From the NCBI RefSeq assembly GCF_049554935.1, contig NZ_CP186926.1, positions 1,248,001 through 1,312,000 of the forward strand: a DNA stretch of 64,000 nt, given 5' to 3'. The translations under genes and the position numbers were made by a program. The notes beneath the pieces are model-generated. The model was not told the origin of the DNA, did no database searches, and saw only the letters and a program-made list of their open reading frames with translations. Origin of the DNA: Methanocaldococcus indicus. GTDB taxonomy: Archaea > AGJL01 > Methanococci > Methanococcales > Methanocaldococcaceae. Shown piece by piece: positions 40,708 to 52,901 of the stretch; position 1 is the first letter of the stretch; every line of letters begins with the position of its first letter.

Positions 40708-41457
40708 TATCATAGTTCCAATAACAAATAAAATTACAAATAAAATTATATTTACTTGTTTTTCATTTAAAATATTATATAGTCTATATCCCAATTTAGA
40801 TGAAAACAACATAGGAATCATAATTAATATAGTTATTGGCAAAGAGACATAACCAATATTTCCACATACATTATCTACTTTTGCAGTTAAATATGACAAA
40901 ACTGAACCAAAAGAAGTTAATGGGACAGCACCAATAGATATTCTAACTGCTTTTTTATTATCATAAATTAAGCTTAATAGTGGTGTGAATATTAAACCTC
41001 CTCCAATACCAAATAATCCTGAACAAATTCCTGCTATAATTCCAACAAAAATGCTAAAATTATTTTTAATTTTTGGTTTAGGGATTATTGTATAAAAACT
41101 TAAAAATAATAAAAAAAATCCTAATAGTATTTTTAACAAATAGGATGGCAAATAATTAACTACAAAAAATCCTGTTAAATAAGAAAATATTAAGCTAATA
41201 AGTCCTAATTTAATGGATTCCACAACATAAATATCTTTTTTATGTCTATAACATCCAATTAATGAATTTAGAAATACAACTAATGAAGAAGTTCCTACTG
41301 CAAATTTTACAGCATCTTCAATCTGATAAAAAGAAAATATAAAGGTTAATATTGGAGTTATTAAAAATCCACCACCTAATCCTAATAAACTACCTAATAC
41401 TCCAATAAATATTCCTGAAAAAATTAATATAAGTATAAACAGGTAAATTTCATACAT
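40690..41457 (-). CDS. TauE/SafE sulfite exporter family
   Basis: LLGLGGG and LFGIGGG repeats, AVGTSS, multi-TM. Confidence 0.9.
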   Translation of the reverse strand: MYEIYLFILILIFSGIFIGVLGSLLGLGGGFLITPILTFIFSFYQIEDAVKFAVGTSSLVVFLNSLIGCYRHKKDIYVVESIKLGLISLIFSYLTGFFVVNYLPSYLLKILLGFFLLFLSFYTIIPKPKIKNNFSIFVGIIAGICSGLFGIGGGLIFTPLLSLIYDNKKAVRISIGAVPLTSFGSVLSYLTAKVDNVCGNIGYVSLPITILIMIPMLFSSKLGYRLYNILNEKQVNIILFVILFVIGTMILINSY

Positions 41458-41587
41458 AATTACTAAACCTCAACATTATAATTAATGTCTTAAACAAAAT
41501 TTATATAATATTATTATTTCTTAATTTTAATTAAGTAAGTTACAATAAAATAAATAAAATATATTGTTTAGGAGGGAGGTAGAAAAT

Positions 41588-42748
41588 ATGGAAAATGAAA
41601 AGATAACAGTATCTGTTATAAAAGCTGATGTTGGAGGATTATGTGGGCATACAGAAGCTCCTGAAGAGTTATTAGAGGCTTGTGAGGCTGTTTTAGAGGA
41701 AGCTGTTGATGAGATACTCATTGACTATTATGTTACAAGATGTGGAGATGACATAGATTTAATTATGACTCATAAATTAGGATGTGACAATGAAAAAGTT
41801 CATGGATTGGCTTGGAAAGCTTTTGAAAAAGCAACAGAAATAGCTAAGGAGTTAAAATTATATGGAGCAGGACAAGATTTATTAGCTGATAGTTTCTCTG
41901 GAAATGTTAGAGGTCTTGGTCCAGGATGTGCAGAGATGGAATTTGTTGAAAGAAAAAGTGAGCCAATAGTTGTTTTCTGCTGTGATAAAACAGACCCAAC
42001 AGCTTTCAACTTACCACTGTTCAAGATGTTTGCTGACCCATTCAATACAGCTGGTTTAGTTTTTGACCCCTCTATGATATCTGGATTTAGGTTTGAGGTT
42101 CATGATGTTGTTGGACATAAAAAAGTTTTCTTAGAGACACCTGAAGAGATGTATATGCTCTTAGCTTTAATAGGAGATTATGAAAGATATGCAATAAAAA
42201 GAATATTCAGAAGAAAAGATAATGAAATTGCTGCTGTTGTATCAACAGAAAAATTAAACTACATAGCAGGAGAATATGTTGGAAAAGATGACCCTGTTGC
42301 AATAGTTAGAGCACAAAGTGGATTCCCAGCAGTTGGAGAAGTTTTAGAACCGTTTGCAAATCCACACTTTGTTCCTGGTTGGATGAGAGGTAGCCATTGG
42401 GGACCATTAATGCCAGTTAGTGAAGATGATGCAAGACCAACAAGATTTGACGGACCACCAAGAATAATTGCATTAGGATTCCAATTAAGTGATGGATTAT
42501 TAATTGGACCAAATGATTTATTTGCTGATAAAGGATTTGATAAAGCAAGAGAAAAAGCTTTAGAAATGGCTGATATTATAAGAAAAATGGGACCATTCCA
42601 ACCACATAGATTACCTGCTACAATGATGGAATATACAACTGTCCCAAAAGTTTTAAAAGCATTAGAGGATAGATTTATCCCATTAGAAGGTTTAGAATTA
42701 GTAGAAGAAGGAGGAATAAAAAGAGAAGATAGAGGAGATGTAGAATAA
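41588..42748 (+). CDS. fbp: Fructose-1,6-bisphosphate aldolase/phosphatase (class V)
   Basis: IKADVGG, GDDIDL, LYGAGQDLL, YVGKDDP, GWMRGSH; ATG 41588 after GGAGG. Confidence 0.96.
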   Translation: MENEKITVSVIKADVGGLCGHTEAPEELLEACEAVLEEAVDEILIDYYVTRCGDDIDLIMTHKLGCDNEKVHGLAWKAFEKATEIAKELKLYGAGQDLLADSFSGNVRGLGPGCAEMEFVERKSEPIVVFCCDKTDPTAFNLPLFKMFADPFNTAGLVFDPSMISGFRFEVHDVVGHKKVFLETPEEMYMLLALIGDYERYAIKRIFRRKDNEIAAVVSTEKLNYIAGEYVGKDDPVAIVRAQSGFPAVGEVLEPFANPHFVPGWMRGSHWGPLMPVSEDDARPTRFDGPPRIIALGFQLSDGLLIGPNDLFADKGFDKAREKALEMADIIRKMGPFQPHRLPATMMEYTTVPKVLKALEDRFIPLEGLELVEEGGIKREDRGDVE

Positions 42749-43327
42749 CTACAATGGTTTAGTTTTTCTTAAATCTTTTTCTATTTTTTCTATTTCATTT
42801 GCATATTTTAGAGCAATTTCTTCCATAATTTTGTTGGCATCTAAACCTAAATCTTCTAGACCAACAATAGGCACATGGATTTTTTTAGATTTTACATTTA
42901 TTCCTAAGTGTATTTTACCACTAACTATTCCTTTACAAGCTATTGAGACAGATAATTTTTTATTTTTGTAGTATAAATCATCTCCATCTCTATATAATTT
43001 AACTCCATAATTTTCAATAATTTCTTTGGCTATAAAAATTAATAATCTCTGTCTAAAATAAATATCTCTAAGAGAAACATCAAAATGCTCAACAATAAAG
43101 TTTATAGAATCATCTGAAACTATTGGCATATCTATTTTTTCCCTTTTTAAATCTTTCAAATCTTTCATAAATTCTCTTTTTACTTCCATTTTACCTCTAA
43201 ATGCCACAATACTATCCTTCTGAATATTAAATGTCTCAAAAGCCCATAATTCTTTTATTTCTTTTCCTGTATAATCTAAGTTATCTACAAAAACGACAGT
43301 TATATAGCTGAAATCAATAGCCTTCAT
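42749..43327 (-). CDS. DUF366 family protein
   Basis: DSIVAFRG, FIVEHFD, RDGDDLY, KLSVSIA, KIHLGINV. Confidence 0.85.
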   Translation of the reverse strand: MKAIDFSYITVVFVDNLDYTGKEIKELWAFETFNIQKDSIVAFRGKMEVKREFMKDLKDLKREKIDMPIVSDDSINFIVEHFDVSLRDIYFRQRLLIFIAKEIIENYGVKLYRDGDDLYYKNKKLSVSIACKGIVSGKIHLGINVKSKKIHVPIVGLEDLGLDANKIMEEIALKYANEIEKIEKDLRKTKPL

Positions 43328-43331
43328 TTTT

Positions 43332-44210
43332 TCACTTTAAAATAGTCTCTCCTTTATCTATCTTTTCCAATAAAAAAATCATTAATGAACTTGCAACTAT
43401 ATCAGCTGTTGTTCCTGGATTTAACTTGTTTCCTTCCTTAGATAAGTAGTTATCAAAAATTATAACTTTGTCAATGCTAAAATCATCAATTATCTCCTTA
43501 GCCAACTTAGAAACTTCCTCAGCAACATCATAACCTTTTTTTCTTGCTATTAAAGTATCTGGATATTTAGACAATATTTTCAAGTATGTTTTTGTTATAG
43601 CCAAATTTATCCCATCGCTCTCATAATATTTTTTTAAATATTCATATCCTTCAAATGATATTTTATAGTTAGTTACCATCTCCTTACTTATATTATCCCA
43701 TTCAGAGGATATTTTAAATATATCATAAAGTGTTAAATTCTTTTCAAATATTTCAATCTTTGCATTATTTGAGAAAGCATCTGGGCCTTTTTTAGCTTTT
43801 CCAATATTTGGATTTGCTAAGAGGACAGCATCATAAAAGTTTAAGGCATCTTCAACTGTTGTATTTTTTAAAATTTTTTCTAAGTTCTTTTTTAGTTTTT
43901 TTACACTAAAAATATTCAATTTTCCAGCAGCCATAGATAGTGGGATATGTAAAATAACAATTCCTAAATTTGCATTTGTAGGACTCCATTTTTTGCTTTC
44001 TTCAACTGCCTTTTTAATATACATCCCTAAATTTTTGTTATCTTTTGCTGCTTCATAAACAACATTACCAAATCCAATTCCAGAGGCTATAAAATGATGA
44101 TATTTAATATCATCAAAATCTCTATTTCTATGTACATTACCAGGTTTAAAAGAGCTAACTTCTAAACAACATGCAATTTGTGAAGCTTTCATTATATCAA
44201 ATGGCTCCAT
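43332..44210 (-). CDS. citG: CitG family triphosphoribosyl-dephospho-CoA synthase-like protein
   Basis: [33 protein letters not shown]. Confidence 0.85.
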   Translation of the reverse strand: MEPFDIMKASQIACCLEVSSFKPGNVHRNRDFDDIKYHHFIASGIGFGNVVYEAAKDNKNLGMYIKKAVEESKKWSPTNANLGIVILHIPLSMAAGKLNIFSVKKLKKNLEKILKNTTVEDALNFYDAVLLANPNIGKAKKGPDAFSNNAKIEIFEKNLTLYDIFKISSEWDNISKEMVTNYKISFEGYEYLKKYYESDGINLAITKTYLKILSKYPDTLIARKKGYDVAEEVSKLAKEIIDDFSIDKVIIFDNYLSKEGNKLNPGTTADIVASSLMIFLLEKIDKGETILK

Positions 44211-44211
44211 A

Positions 44212-44928
44212 CTATCTCACTAATTTAACCCAATCTATTTTATTTTTTAATAATGCTCTTGCTATGGATATACAATCAGAGTATTTTAGCATTTCCTTAG
44301 CCCTTTCTAATGAATCAATTGAATTATTTCCAATAATAAATTTATCTTTAAACTCCTCTGAAATTATTTTTAAACTTTCTATATCAGGATATGGTTTATT
44401 TGGATAAAAACAATCTATATGCAACCCATAAAACAACTCTCTAACATAGTTTAGAGTGTCTATTAAATCATTTAATGGAATATAGTTTAATCTTATCTTT
44501 AATAAAACTTTATCAAATCTATCCATCTTATTTAAAAATTTATATAAAAGATACCTATTTTTTAATAGTTCTTGCCCTAAACCTAAGGATGTTATTTCTT
44601 TCTGCCTACAATGGCAATTTAACTCTATAAAATCAGCATAAGTATCTATAACTTCCAACTTTTCATAAGCTTCCTCTATATCTAAAAATCTAACATTTAC
44701 ATTAACCTTGGCTTTTTTTATTAATTCAATTTCATTAATAATATATTCATTGAATTTATCTAAATCAATTATAAACTCCTTTCTACCTCTTTCAGTTATT
44801 AACTTAGCAGCTTTTAGTGTATATTTATCTAAGTTGTATCCTCCTAATGTAACAATATCAAATAAATCCTCATATCTTCTACAGAACTTACCATCTGTAT
44901 AGCCAGCCATTGGTGCTATTGCTATCAT
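44212..44928 (-). CDS. Dihydrouridine synthase-like TIM-barrel flavoprotein (MJ0144 family)
   Basis: [34 protein letters not shown]. Confidence 0.82.
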   Translation of the reverse strand: MIAIAPMAGYTDGKFCRRYEDLFDIVTLGGYNLDKYTLKAAKLITERGRKEFIIDLDKFNEYIINEIELIKKAKVNVNVRFLDIEEAYEKLEVIDTYADFIELNCHCRQKEITSLGLGQELLKNRYLLYKFLNKMDRFDKVLLKIRLNYIPLNDLIDTLNYVRELFYGLHIDCFYPNKPYPDIESLKIISEEFKDKFIIGNNSIDSLERAKEMLKYSDCISIARALLKNKIDWVKLVR

Positions 44929-44930
44929 AA

Positions 44931-45524
44931 TTACTTCCTTTTTAAAATTAAGTTATCAAAAAATTTCTCCTGTATAATATCAATTTTATTCTCATTAGCT
45001 AAATACAAAGATGGTAAAAGATATTTAACTTTCTCTTCCCTATTTTTAAACTTTTCCTGAAAAATTATATATTCTTCCTTTAAAATTAATAAATATAGTT
45101 CTTCAACTATCTTGTCTATATCTTCCTCATCATCAATAAGCTCATTAACCAAATCATCTAAGTCATCAACATAAATCTCTTTATCTTTTTGGGATTTTTT
45201 CTTATATTCTCTTTTAATTTTTTTTAGTTCTTTATCCACCTTATTTATAAGTTCATCAGTTGTTATCTTCTCTTTCTTTTCTCTTTTTTTTCTTTTTTTC
45301 TCTTCCTTAGGATTTACTTCATTATAGAGTGATTCTGATTTTAATCTTAACAAAATACCTCCAACTAAAACAACATCAGCAGATAACTTTATATCAAAAT
45401 TTTTAAGTTCTTTAATTTTATTGATATAGTAATCAGCTATTTCAGCAATATTAACATCCCAAGGATTTAATTTTTTTGATTTAATACCCTCCTTAATAAT
45501 CCTTACCCACAATTCAATATCCAT
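44931..45524 (-). CDS. scpA: Segregation/condensation protein A (kleisin)
   Basis: [23 protein letters not shown]-terminal [17 protein letters not shown]. Confidence 0.85.
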   Translation of the reverse strand: MDIELWVRIIKEGIKSKKLNPWDVNIAEIADYYINKIKELKNFDIKLSADVVLVGGILLRLKSESLYNEVNPKEEKKRKKREKKEKITTDELINKVDKELKKIKREYKKKSQKDKEIYVDDLDDLVNELIDDEEDIDKIVEELYLLILKEEYIIFQEKFKNREEKVKYLLPSLYLANENKIDIIQEKFFDNLILKRK

Positions 45525-45984
45525 CTTTTTTCACTTTTTTAACTACTCTTACTCCAAAAATTTCAGTTTCTTTATAATTATTTTCCTTTTCAACACTCTT
45601 AACCATATCCCAAATAGTTAGAAGAGCAACATTTACACCTGTTAATGCCTCCATCTCAACTCCTGTTTTGTATGTTGTTCTTACAGTACATACAACCTTT
45701 ATTTTATCTTCAAATACTTCAAAATCTATATTTACAGAAGATATTGGTAAAGGATGGCAAAGAGGTATTAACTCATAAGTTTTTTTTACAGCCAAAATTC
45801 CAGCTATTTGTGCAGTTGTTAGAACATTTCCCTTTTTTATTTTATTTTCTTTGATAAGGTTTATAGTTTTGGGCATCAGCTTTATATAACCTTCTGCTAC
45901 TGCCTCTCTAAAAACATCTTCTTTTTTAGAAATATCAACCATTTGAATACCTTTATCAGTTAGATGTGTTAGTTTCATAATCAA
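45514..45984 (-). CDS. moaC: Cyclic pyranopterin monophosphate synthase
   Basis: [34 protein letters not shown]. Confidence 0.95.
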   Translation of the reverse strand: MIMKLTHLTDKGIQMVDISKKEDVFREAVAEGYIKLMPKTINLIKENKIKKGNVLTTAQIAGILAVKKTYELIPLCHPLPISSVNIDFEVFEDKIKVVCTVRTTYKTGVEMEALTGVNVALLTIWDMVKSVEKENNYKETEIFGVRVVKKVKKDGY

Positions 45985-46342
45985 TCTCCACCTTAGAGAT
46001 ATTGAAATCCTTACCTCCTGTTAATTTTAATGAGATGGATTTACATTTTGGACAATAAACTAAAATATCCTCAACTACTGGCTCACCTTCATATCCACAT
46101 TTTAGGCATTTGCATTTAGGTTTAATATATTTGGCTATAATTTCAGCATTCTTACAGATAGTATTCTCTGCTATAACTTCAAAAGCAAATTTTAACTGTT
46201 CTAAATTTATAAAGGTTAATTCTCCAATCTCTAAGTAAATTTTTTTTACTTTTTTTATTTTAATATTTTTATTTTCTTCTTCTCTTTTTATAGATTCTAA
46301 TATAGAGTTCAACATAGCAGAGGCAAAAGACATCTCATGCAT
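45956..46342 (-). CDS. hypA: Hydrogenase maturation nickel metallochaperone
   Basis: MHE N-terminus, IGEL, two CxxC. Confidence 0.95.
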   Translation of the reverse strand: MHEMSFASAMLNSILESIKREEENKNIKIKKVKKIYLEIGELTFINLEQLKFAFEVIAENTICKNAEIIAKYIKPKCKCLKCGYEGEPVVEDILVYCPKCKSISLKLTGGKDFNISKVEIDYETNTSN

Positions 46343-46781
46343 TTAGCTCACTTTCAACAATTTCTTTTGTTTTAGATTCTTTATCCTTTCCAAAGATTTT
46401 AAAGTTAAACATAACTCTTATAATGTCATCTCCATCTATAACTTTACATTTTCCCAAATAAGCTTTTTGCTTATCAAATCTAACAAAAAATTTGTTATCT
46501 TCTATTCTTAAATGCAAATCTTTTTTTAGTTTATTTATATTTTTCTCATCAGATTTTATTAAATTGAATATATGTTTAAATGTTTTTTCAGCATCTTTAC
46601 CTTTTATGGTTATCTCAACCAACTTTATAGGATTTCTAAAATGACCTTCACTTTCAACAACATTAACCTCTACTTTCTCATCATTTATATCTTCTGGAAT
46701 TAAAAACTCAATAGCTTCCATAACCTTATCTAAATCTTCAGTTGCATGAACAATAGAAGAAAGTTTAACATAATTTAACAT
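46335..46781 (-). CDS. Putative RNA-binding protein (COG1325-like)
   Basis: VHATEDLDKV, EGHFRNPI, RFDKQKAY. Confidence 0.82.
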   Translation of the reverse strand: MLNYVKLSSIVHATEDLDKVMEAIEFLIPEDINDEKVEVNVVESEGHFRNPIKLVEITIKGKDAEKTFKHIFNLIKSDEKNINKLKKDLHLRIEDNKFFVRFDKQKAYLGKCKVIDGDDIIRVMFNFKIFGKDKESKTKEIVESELNA

Positions 46782-46825
46782 TAATTATCACCTAAAAAGT
46801 TTTGAATTTTATTTTTTATTTTAAT

Positions 46826-47527
46826 GAGAGTGTTAAGTTAAGCTTTTATTAATAATTGATAAAAAATAATAAAATATGAAGCTCACGATAGAAGTCTTAA
46901 AGGAGAGAATCGAAGAGGAGAAGATTTTTAAAAGGAATAAGAAGTCGATAGAAGTTAAAATCTTAGCTGGGATTTTGTATTATCTTGGACTATCGTTGAG
47001 GAAGGTAAGTTTGTTTCGTTCCCAATTCGAAAGTATAAGCCATGAGTCGGTTAGGACTTATTATCACAAGATTAAAGATGTTTTAAACGAACCTGAAAGA
47101 AAGGAAAGATACGCAATTGCAATCGATGAGACCAAACTAAAGATTGGAAATGAAAATATTTACGTATGGTCTGCTATTGATGTTGAATCGAAAGAGTGCT
47201 TGGGAGTTTATGTTTCTGAAACAAGAAACTGCCTCGATACTATATTATTCGTTAAGAGTATATTAAAATTTTGCTCTAATAAGCCGAAGATTTTGGTCGA
47301 TGGTGGAAGATGGTATCCGTGGGCATGGCAAAGATTGGGTTTAGAATTTGAAAGAGTCAGATTCGGACTGAGAAATTGTGTAGAAAGCTTTTTCTCACTA
47401 CTCAAACGAAGAACTAAAGCATTTTATAATAGGTTTCCTAATAACAGCAAATTCGATACAGTTGTTAGCTGGATTAAAAGTTTCATGATGTTCTACAATT
47501 GGTTGAAGTCGTTAACTTGACAGTGTC
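46826..47527 (+). mobile_element. IS6-family insertion sequence, 702 bp
   Basis: Imperfect 15-bp TIRs (GAGAGTGTTAAGTTA 46826-46840; TAACTTGACAGTGTC 47513-47527; 12/15); flanking 9-bp direct repeat TATTTTAAT. Confidence 0.92.
46876..47520 (+). CDS. IS6-family DDE transposase
   Basis: [30 protein letters not shown] triad; CpG-rich unlike host. Confidence 0.93.
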   Translation: MKLTIEVLKERIEEEKIFKRNKKSIEVKILAGILYYLGLSLRKVSLFRSQFESISHESVRTYYHKIKDVLNEPERKERYAIAIDETKLKIGNENIYVWSAIDVESKECLGVYVSETRNCLDTILFVKSILKFCSNKPKILVDGGRWYPWAWQRLGLEFERVRFGLRNCVESFFSLLKRRTKAFYNRFPNNSKFDTVVSWIKSFMMFYNWLKSLT

Positions 47528-47687
47528 TATTTTAATAAAAAATACTAAATTTGATGTTTTAATTTTTGACTAATTACTATTTAATGTTTGCAAAATATAT
47601 TTATAGATATTATACTTAATTTATGAGGTAATACAGTTAAAGTATTAAATCTTATTAAACTTCAAATAATTTAAAAGTGGATGTATA

Positions 47688-49063
47688 ATGATTATAAAAA
47701 AGATAGATTTAAGGGACATATCTCCAATAGATATCTATAGAAATATAAAAGGGGAGAATACTTTTTTATTGGAAAGTGCAGAGTTGTCTAAAATTTCAAG
47801 ATACACTATATTAGGAAAATGTGAAGGTAAGGTTATTTTTAAAGATGGTAAGTTAAAAGTAGAGGCATTTACAGAATTTGGTGAGAAAGCAAAAGAGTTG
47901 GAGGGTAAATACAGTTGTCCATTGGATGCTTTGAGAGAAGTTAAGAATATTTACAATTTAGATGTCTCAAAAATAAATCCATATCCAAGATTTAAAGGAG
48001 GATTGGTGGGATATCTAAGTTATGATATTGTTAGATATTGGATAGATTTGGATGAAAAAAAAGATGATTTAAAATTTCCAGATGCAGAGTTTTTGATTGT
48101 TAAGGATTTTATTAGCTTTGATTTAAGAGAGAATAAAATAAATCTTATATCAGATAGTGAGGAAGGAATAGAAAACTTAAAAAATTGGTTAAATCTTACT
48201 AAGCATGAAAATCAAGAAGATATAAACATAAAAAAGATTAAATCTAACACAACAAAAGAAGAATTTGTAAAAATGGTTGAAAAAGCTAAGGACTATATAT
48301 TTGCAGGAGATATTTTTCAGGTTGTATTATCAAGAAGAATAGATATTGATTTTAGTGGAGAGCCATTCTATATTTATAAAAAACTTAGAGAGATTAATCC
48401 ATCTCCATATATGTATTATTTAGATTTTGGAGATAGAAAGATTATTGGCTCTTCACCAGAGATTTTGGTTAGGACAGAGATAAAAAATAACAAAAAAATT
48501 GTTGTAACAAGACCAATAGCTGGAACAATAAGAAGAGGTAGAACTGAGGAAGAGGATAAAGAGTTAGAGAAAATTTTATTAAATGATAAAAAGAGAGAGC
48601 TGAACATATAATGTTGGTTGATTTAGCAAGGAATGATATAGGAAAAATTTCAAAGTTTGGAACTGTTGAAGTTACTGAATTTATGACAATAGAGAAGTAC
48701 TCCCATGTTCAACATATAGTTAGTAATGTTGTTGGAGAGTTAAAAGATAACTATGACTCTTTCTTAGCAGTTAAAGCTACATTTCCAGCAGGGACTTTAA
48801 GTGGTGCTCCAAAAGTTAGGGCTATGGAAATTATAAATGAATTAGAAAAAGCTAAGAGAGGCCCATATGGAGGAGGAGTTGGATACTTTGGCTGGGATGA
48901 TGTTATGGATATAGCAATAACTATAAGAACTTATACATTAAACAAAAATCTTCTATCTCTTCAAGTTGGAGCTGGAATTGTTGCAGATTCTATTCCAGAG
49001 AAGGAATGGGAAGAGACAGAAAGAAAAGGAATGGCTAATATAAAAGCTATTGGTGGATTATGA
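47688..49063 (+). pseudogene. trpE: Anthranilate synthase component I, split by 1-nt frameshift at A5 run 48588-48592 (real lesion or sequencing error)
   Basis: [28 protein letters not shown] in ORF1; [25 protein letters not shown] in ORF2; conserved ERAEH lies in the shifted frame. Confidence 0.85.
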
Positions 49064-49962
49064 AATACTTAGAGTTGTATAACTTCCCTACAATAGAACT
49101 ACTTTATAAAGCTTTTAAACTAAAAAAATCTAAAAATATTGATTTATGTTCAATAATTAATGCTAAGAGTGGATTATGTAAAGAGAACTGTATATTTTGT
49201 GCTCAATCAATATATCACAATACTCAAATAAATATTTATCCTCTTTTATCAAAGGAGAAGATTTTAGAAGTAGCTAAAAATTTAGATGGTAAAGTTAATA
49301 GGTTTAGTATAGTTGTTAGTGGAAAAGAAGTTAATGGTGATGAATTTAGTAAAATTATAGAAATAATAGAATTATTAAAAGAAGAAACTAACTTAAAAAT
49401 TTGCTGTTCTTTGGGATTGTTAGATAAAGATAAACTAAAAGAATTAAAAAAACTAAATGTTAGAATTCATAACAATTTAGAGACAAACAGAGATTATTTT
49501 AAAAATATATGCACAACACACACATATGAAGATAAGCTAAGAACTATACTTTTAGCCAAAAAAATGGGTTTAGAGGTTTGTAGTGGTGGAATTATTGGAT
49601 TAGGGGAGAGTAGAGAGGATAGGATAAAGTTGGCATTAGAATTAAAAAAACTAAAAGTTGATAGTATTCCTATAAATATATTAATTCCTATTAAAGGGAC
49701 TAAGGCATATGAACTTTATAAAAGAGGAATAATTCAGCCTTTATCAATTGATGAGATATTAAAAACAATTGCAATATTTAAAATAATAAATAAAGATAGT
49801 GAGATAAGATTAGCAGGAGGTAGAAATTATTTAAAAGATTTTCAAAGTTTATCATTATTAGCTTTGGATGGTTTAATGGTTGGGAACTATTTAACAACAA
49901 AGGGAAGAAACCTTAAAAATGATTTAGAGATGATAAATAATTTTAAAAAAATAATTGAATAA
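49060..49962 (+). CDS. bioB: Biotin synthase (radical SAM)
   Basis: [46 protein letters not shown]. Confidence 0.93.
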   Translation: MKYLELYNFPTIELLYKAFKLKKSKNIDLCSIINAKSGLCKENCIFCAQSIYHNTQINIYPLLSKEKILEVAKNLDGKVNRFSIVVSGKEVNGDEFSKIIEIIELLKEETNLKICCSLGLLDKDKLKELKKLNVRIHNNLETNRDYFKNICTTHTYEDKLRTILLAKKMGLEVCSGGIIGLGESREDRIKLALELKKLKVDSIPINILIPIKGTKAYELYKRGIIQPLSIDEILKTIAIFKIINKDSEIRLAGGRNYLKDFQSLSLLALDGLMVGNYLTTKGRNLKNDLEMINNFKKIIE

Positions 49963-51143
49963 TGATAGAGATGAAAAAGGTAAAATTAAGAGTTAAGCCT
50001 GAGGATTTTATTGTAGAGGAGATTATTAACTTAGATAAAGTTGATGGTAACAGATGTTATCTATACAAATTAACAAAGAGAAATATTGAGAGTTTAAAAG
50101 CTTTCTCCTACTTATCTAAAAAATTTAAAATTCCTCTAAAAGATATAGGATACTGTGGGTTAAAGGATAGACATGCCTTAACTACTCAATACATATCAAT
50201 TCCTAAAAAATATGGGAAATTAAAATTAAATGAGAAAAATTTAAAGTTGAAATTAGTTGGAGAGAGTAAATTTTTATTGTTGGGAGATTTAGAAGGAAAT
50301 AGATTTAAAATAACAGTTAGAGATATTAAAGAGAGTGAGTTAGATAGGATAAAAGATAACTTAAAATATATTGATTATGGAGCACCTAACTACTTTGATA
50401 GTCAGAGGTTTGGTAGTGTTTTTGATAAAAAATTTATTGCTAAGGAAATAATTAATAAAAACTATGAAGAGGCTATAAAAATCCTACTTACAAAATATAA
50501 AAAATCTGAAAAAAAGAGAATAAAAGATTTAAAAAGGTTTATATCAAAAAATTGGGGTGATTGGAAGAAGATATATAAATATATTGAAGAAAACAACATA
50601 AAAGCAAAAATGTATGTGAATATAATAAAAGAATTAAAAGAGACAGGAGATTTCAAAAGAGCTTTAAATTATGTTGATGACAGATTAAAAAAGTTGTTTG
50701 TTGCTGCTTATCAAAGCTACTTATGGAATGAATGTGTAAAAGAACTTTTAAAAAACTATATTCCAGAGGAAGATAGAGTATATTATCCTTATGAAGCTGG
50801 AACTTTTCTCTTCTATAAGAAGATTGATGAAGACATCTTCAATAATTTGAAAAATAAAGTTTTTCCAACTATTGCTCCTGATGTTGAATATGATAAAGAA
50901 TATCTTAATATAATAAATAAAATTCTAAAAAAAGAAAACATTAAGATGGAGAATTTAAAAAATATTGATGTCTTAGGTTGTAAATTTCCATATACTGAAA
51001 GAAAAATTTTATCTATTCCTAAGAATTTAAAATATTCTATTGAAAAAGATGAGATTTATAGAGGAAAGTATAAATTAACATTAGATTTTATTTTAGATAA
51101 AGGTAGTTATGCAACAATAATAATTAAAAGGGTATTTTTATGA
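49962..51143 (+). CDS. truD: tRNA pseudouridine(13) synthase
   Basis: PEDFIVEE, GLKDRHALTTQ, GNRF, PNYFDSQRFG, GSYAT. Confidence 0.93.
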   Translation: MIEMKKVKLRVKPEDFIVEEIINLDKVDGNRCYLYKLTKRNIESLKAFSYLSKKFKIPLKDIGYCGLKDRHALTTQYISIPKKYGKLKLNEKNLKLKLVGESKFLLLGDLEGNRFKITVRDIKESELDRIKDNLKYIDYGAPNYFDSQRFGSVFDKKFIAKEIINKNYEEAIKILLTKYKKSEKKRIKDLKRFISKNWGDWKKIYKYIEENNIKAKMYVNIIKELKETGDFKRALNYVDDRLKKLFVAAYQSYLWNECVKELLKNYIPEEDRVYYPYEAGTFLFYKKIDEDIFNNLKNKVFPTIAPDVEYDKEYLNIINKILKKENIKMENLKNIDVLGCKFPYTERKILSIPKNLKYSIEKDEIYRGKYKLTLDFILDKGSYATIIIKRVFL

Positions 51144-52345
51144 AAACTATTGAAATAAACAACTGTAAAATATACTTTGTAGGAACAGCTCATGTCTCAA
51201 AGGATAGTATTGAAGAAGTAGAAAAAGTTATAAGTGAGATACTTCCAGAAGGAATAGCTGTTGAATTAGATGAAAGAAGATTTCTCACCATAATGTCTGA
51301 AAACAAAAATAAAAAGATTGATATAAAAGAAGCATTAAAATCAGGAGATTTTACAAAATTGTTAATATATATTTTCTTATCTAACTCTCAAAAAAAGATT
51401 GGTGAGATGTTTGGTGTAAAACCAGGTAGTGAGATGAAGAAAGCAATTGAATTATCTTATCTGTATAATATACCAATTTACTTAATTGATAGGGATATAA
51501 ACATCACATTATCAAGATTATTAGAAAAAATGCCTCTAAAAGAAAAAATAAAATTTTTAATGGCTTTGTTTGAAGAAGATGATGATATTGAGATAAATGA
51601 AGAAAAACTAAGAGAAATACTAAATAATCCAAAAAAATATGTTGAGATGTTAAAAAAATTGTCTCCAACTATATACAATGTTTTAGTTGATGAGAGAGAT
51701 AAATATATGGCAAAAAAGATTTTTGAGCTAAGTAAAATAAAAAATAGTTTAGTTGTTGTTGTAGGAGCAGGACATGTTGATGGAATAATAAACTATCTAA
51801 AGAGATTAGAAAATGGAGAAAAGATAGATATTGATGAACTAATAAAAGTGAAAGATAAGAAATTTAAATTTAGTAAGATTTTTGGATATTTATTAACCAT
51901 TGCTATATTTGCATTTTTAGGCTATATTCTTTATTATTCTATTAGTAATCCAGATATTTTAAAGTTATTAACTATAAACTGGATTATTTTTACAGGAGGT
52001 TTAGCTGCTTTGGGGGTTGTATTAGCAAGAGGAAAACCATTAACAGCTTTAATAGCCTTTTTATCTGCCCCAATAACTACATTAATCCCTTTACCTTTTG
52101 CAGCAGTTGGAACAGTTGCAGGATTAGTAGAGTTAAAATTTAGAGAAATAACTGATAAAGATATTGTTAATTTATTTGAGGCAGATTTAAAAGATTTATT
52201 AAATAACAACTTATTTAGAATATTACTTGTTGCTACTTTATCAAACTTAGGAGCAACTATTGGTGTATTCTATTGCTTAGGAAAATTTACACATATTTTT
52301 ATTTTATTCCCAACCTTGTTTCTAACGATTCAAACCTTTTTATAA
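51140..52345 (+). CDS. TraB/PrgY (pheromone shutdown) family protein
   Basis: VGTAHVS, VELDERR, PGSEM, LVDERD, VVGAGH, C-terminal TMs. Confidence 0.9.
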   Translation: MKTIEINNCKIYFVGTAHVSKDSIEEVEKVISEILPEGIAVELDERRFLTIMSENKNKKIDIKEALKSGDFTKLLIYIFLSNSQKKIGEMFGVKPGSEMKKAIELSYLYNIPIYLIDRDINITLSRLLEKMPLKEKIKFLMALFEEDDDIEINEEKLREILNNPKKYVEMLKKLSPTIYNVLVDERDKYMAKKIFELSKIKNSLVVVVGAGHVDGIINYLKRLENGEKIDIDELIKVKDKKFKFSKIFGYLLTIAIFAFLGYILYYSISNPDILKLLTINWIIFTGGLAALGVVLARGKPLTALIAFLSAPITTLIPLPFAAVGTVAGLVELKFREITDKDIVNLFEADLKDLLNNNLFRILLVATLSNLGATIGVFYCLGKFTHIFILFPTLFLTIQTFL

Positions 52346-52509
52346 AAGTGATGAGGAATTAAAAATAATAAATTAATTATATTAATTCATATACTTACTT
52401 ATTTAAATTTATAAATTTTTTGTTTATTATTTGATGACAGATAATTATATATATACTCAACTATTATTTAATGTTTTTAGTATCCACTAAATAGTTAAGA
52501 GGGGAAAAC

Positions 52510-52896
52510 ATGAGTGTTTGGCAAGGTAAAAGTAGAAGAAAACCAACAGGAGGATTATATAGATTAGCAAGAAAAAAGAGAAAATATGAAATGGGAAGAG
52601 AGCCAATTGAAACACATATATCAGAAGATAGAAAAATAAAAAAAGTTAGAACAAGAGGTGGAAACTTAAAAGTTAAAGTTGTTAGAACAAACTATGCAAA
52701 TGTTATGGACCCTGAAACAAACACCTGTAAAAAAGTTAAAATCTTAACTGTAAAAGAAAATAAAGCAAATATACACTATGTTAGAAGAAATGTTATAACA
52801 AAAGGAGCAATTATTGAGACAGAGATAGGTTTAGCAAGAGTTACATCACGCCCTGGACAAGATGGAACTGTTAATGCTGTATTAATAAAAGAATAA
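52510..52896 (+). CDS. rps8e: 30S ribosomal protein S8e
   Basis: [30 protein letters not shown]. Confidence 0.97.
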   Translation: MSVWQGKSRRKPTGGLYRLARKKRKYEMGREPIETHISEDRKIKKVRTRGGNLKVKVVRTNYANVMDPETNTCKKVKILTVKENKANIHYVRRNVITKGAIIETEIGLARVTSRPGQDGTVNAVLIKE

Positions 52897-52901
52897 AATT
52901 T

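Noticed and set aside
52340-52440. GTGATGA and TTGATGA C-box-like words upstream of rps8e
   Set aside because: No suitably spaced CTGA D boxes; AT-rich with no stem
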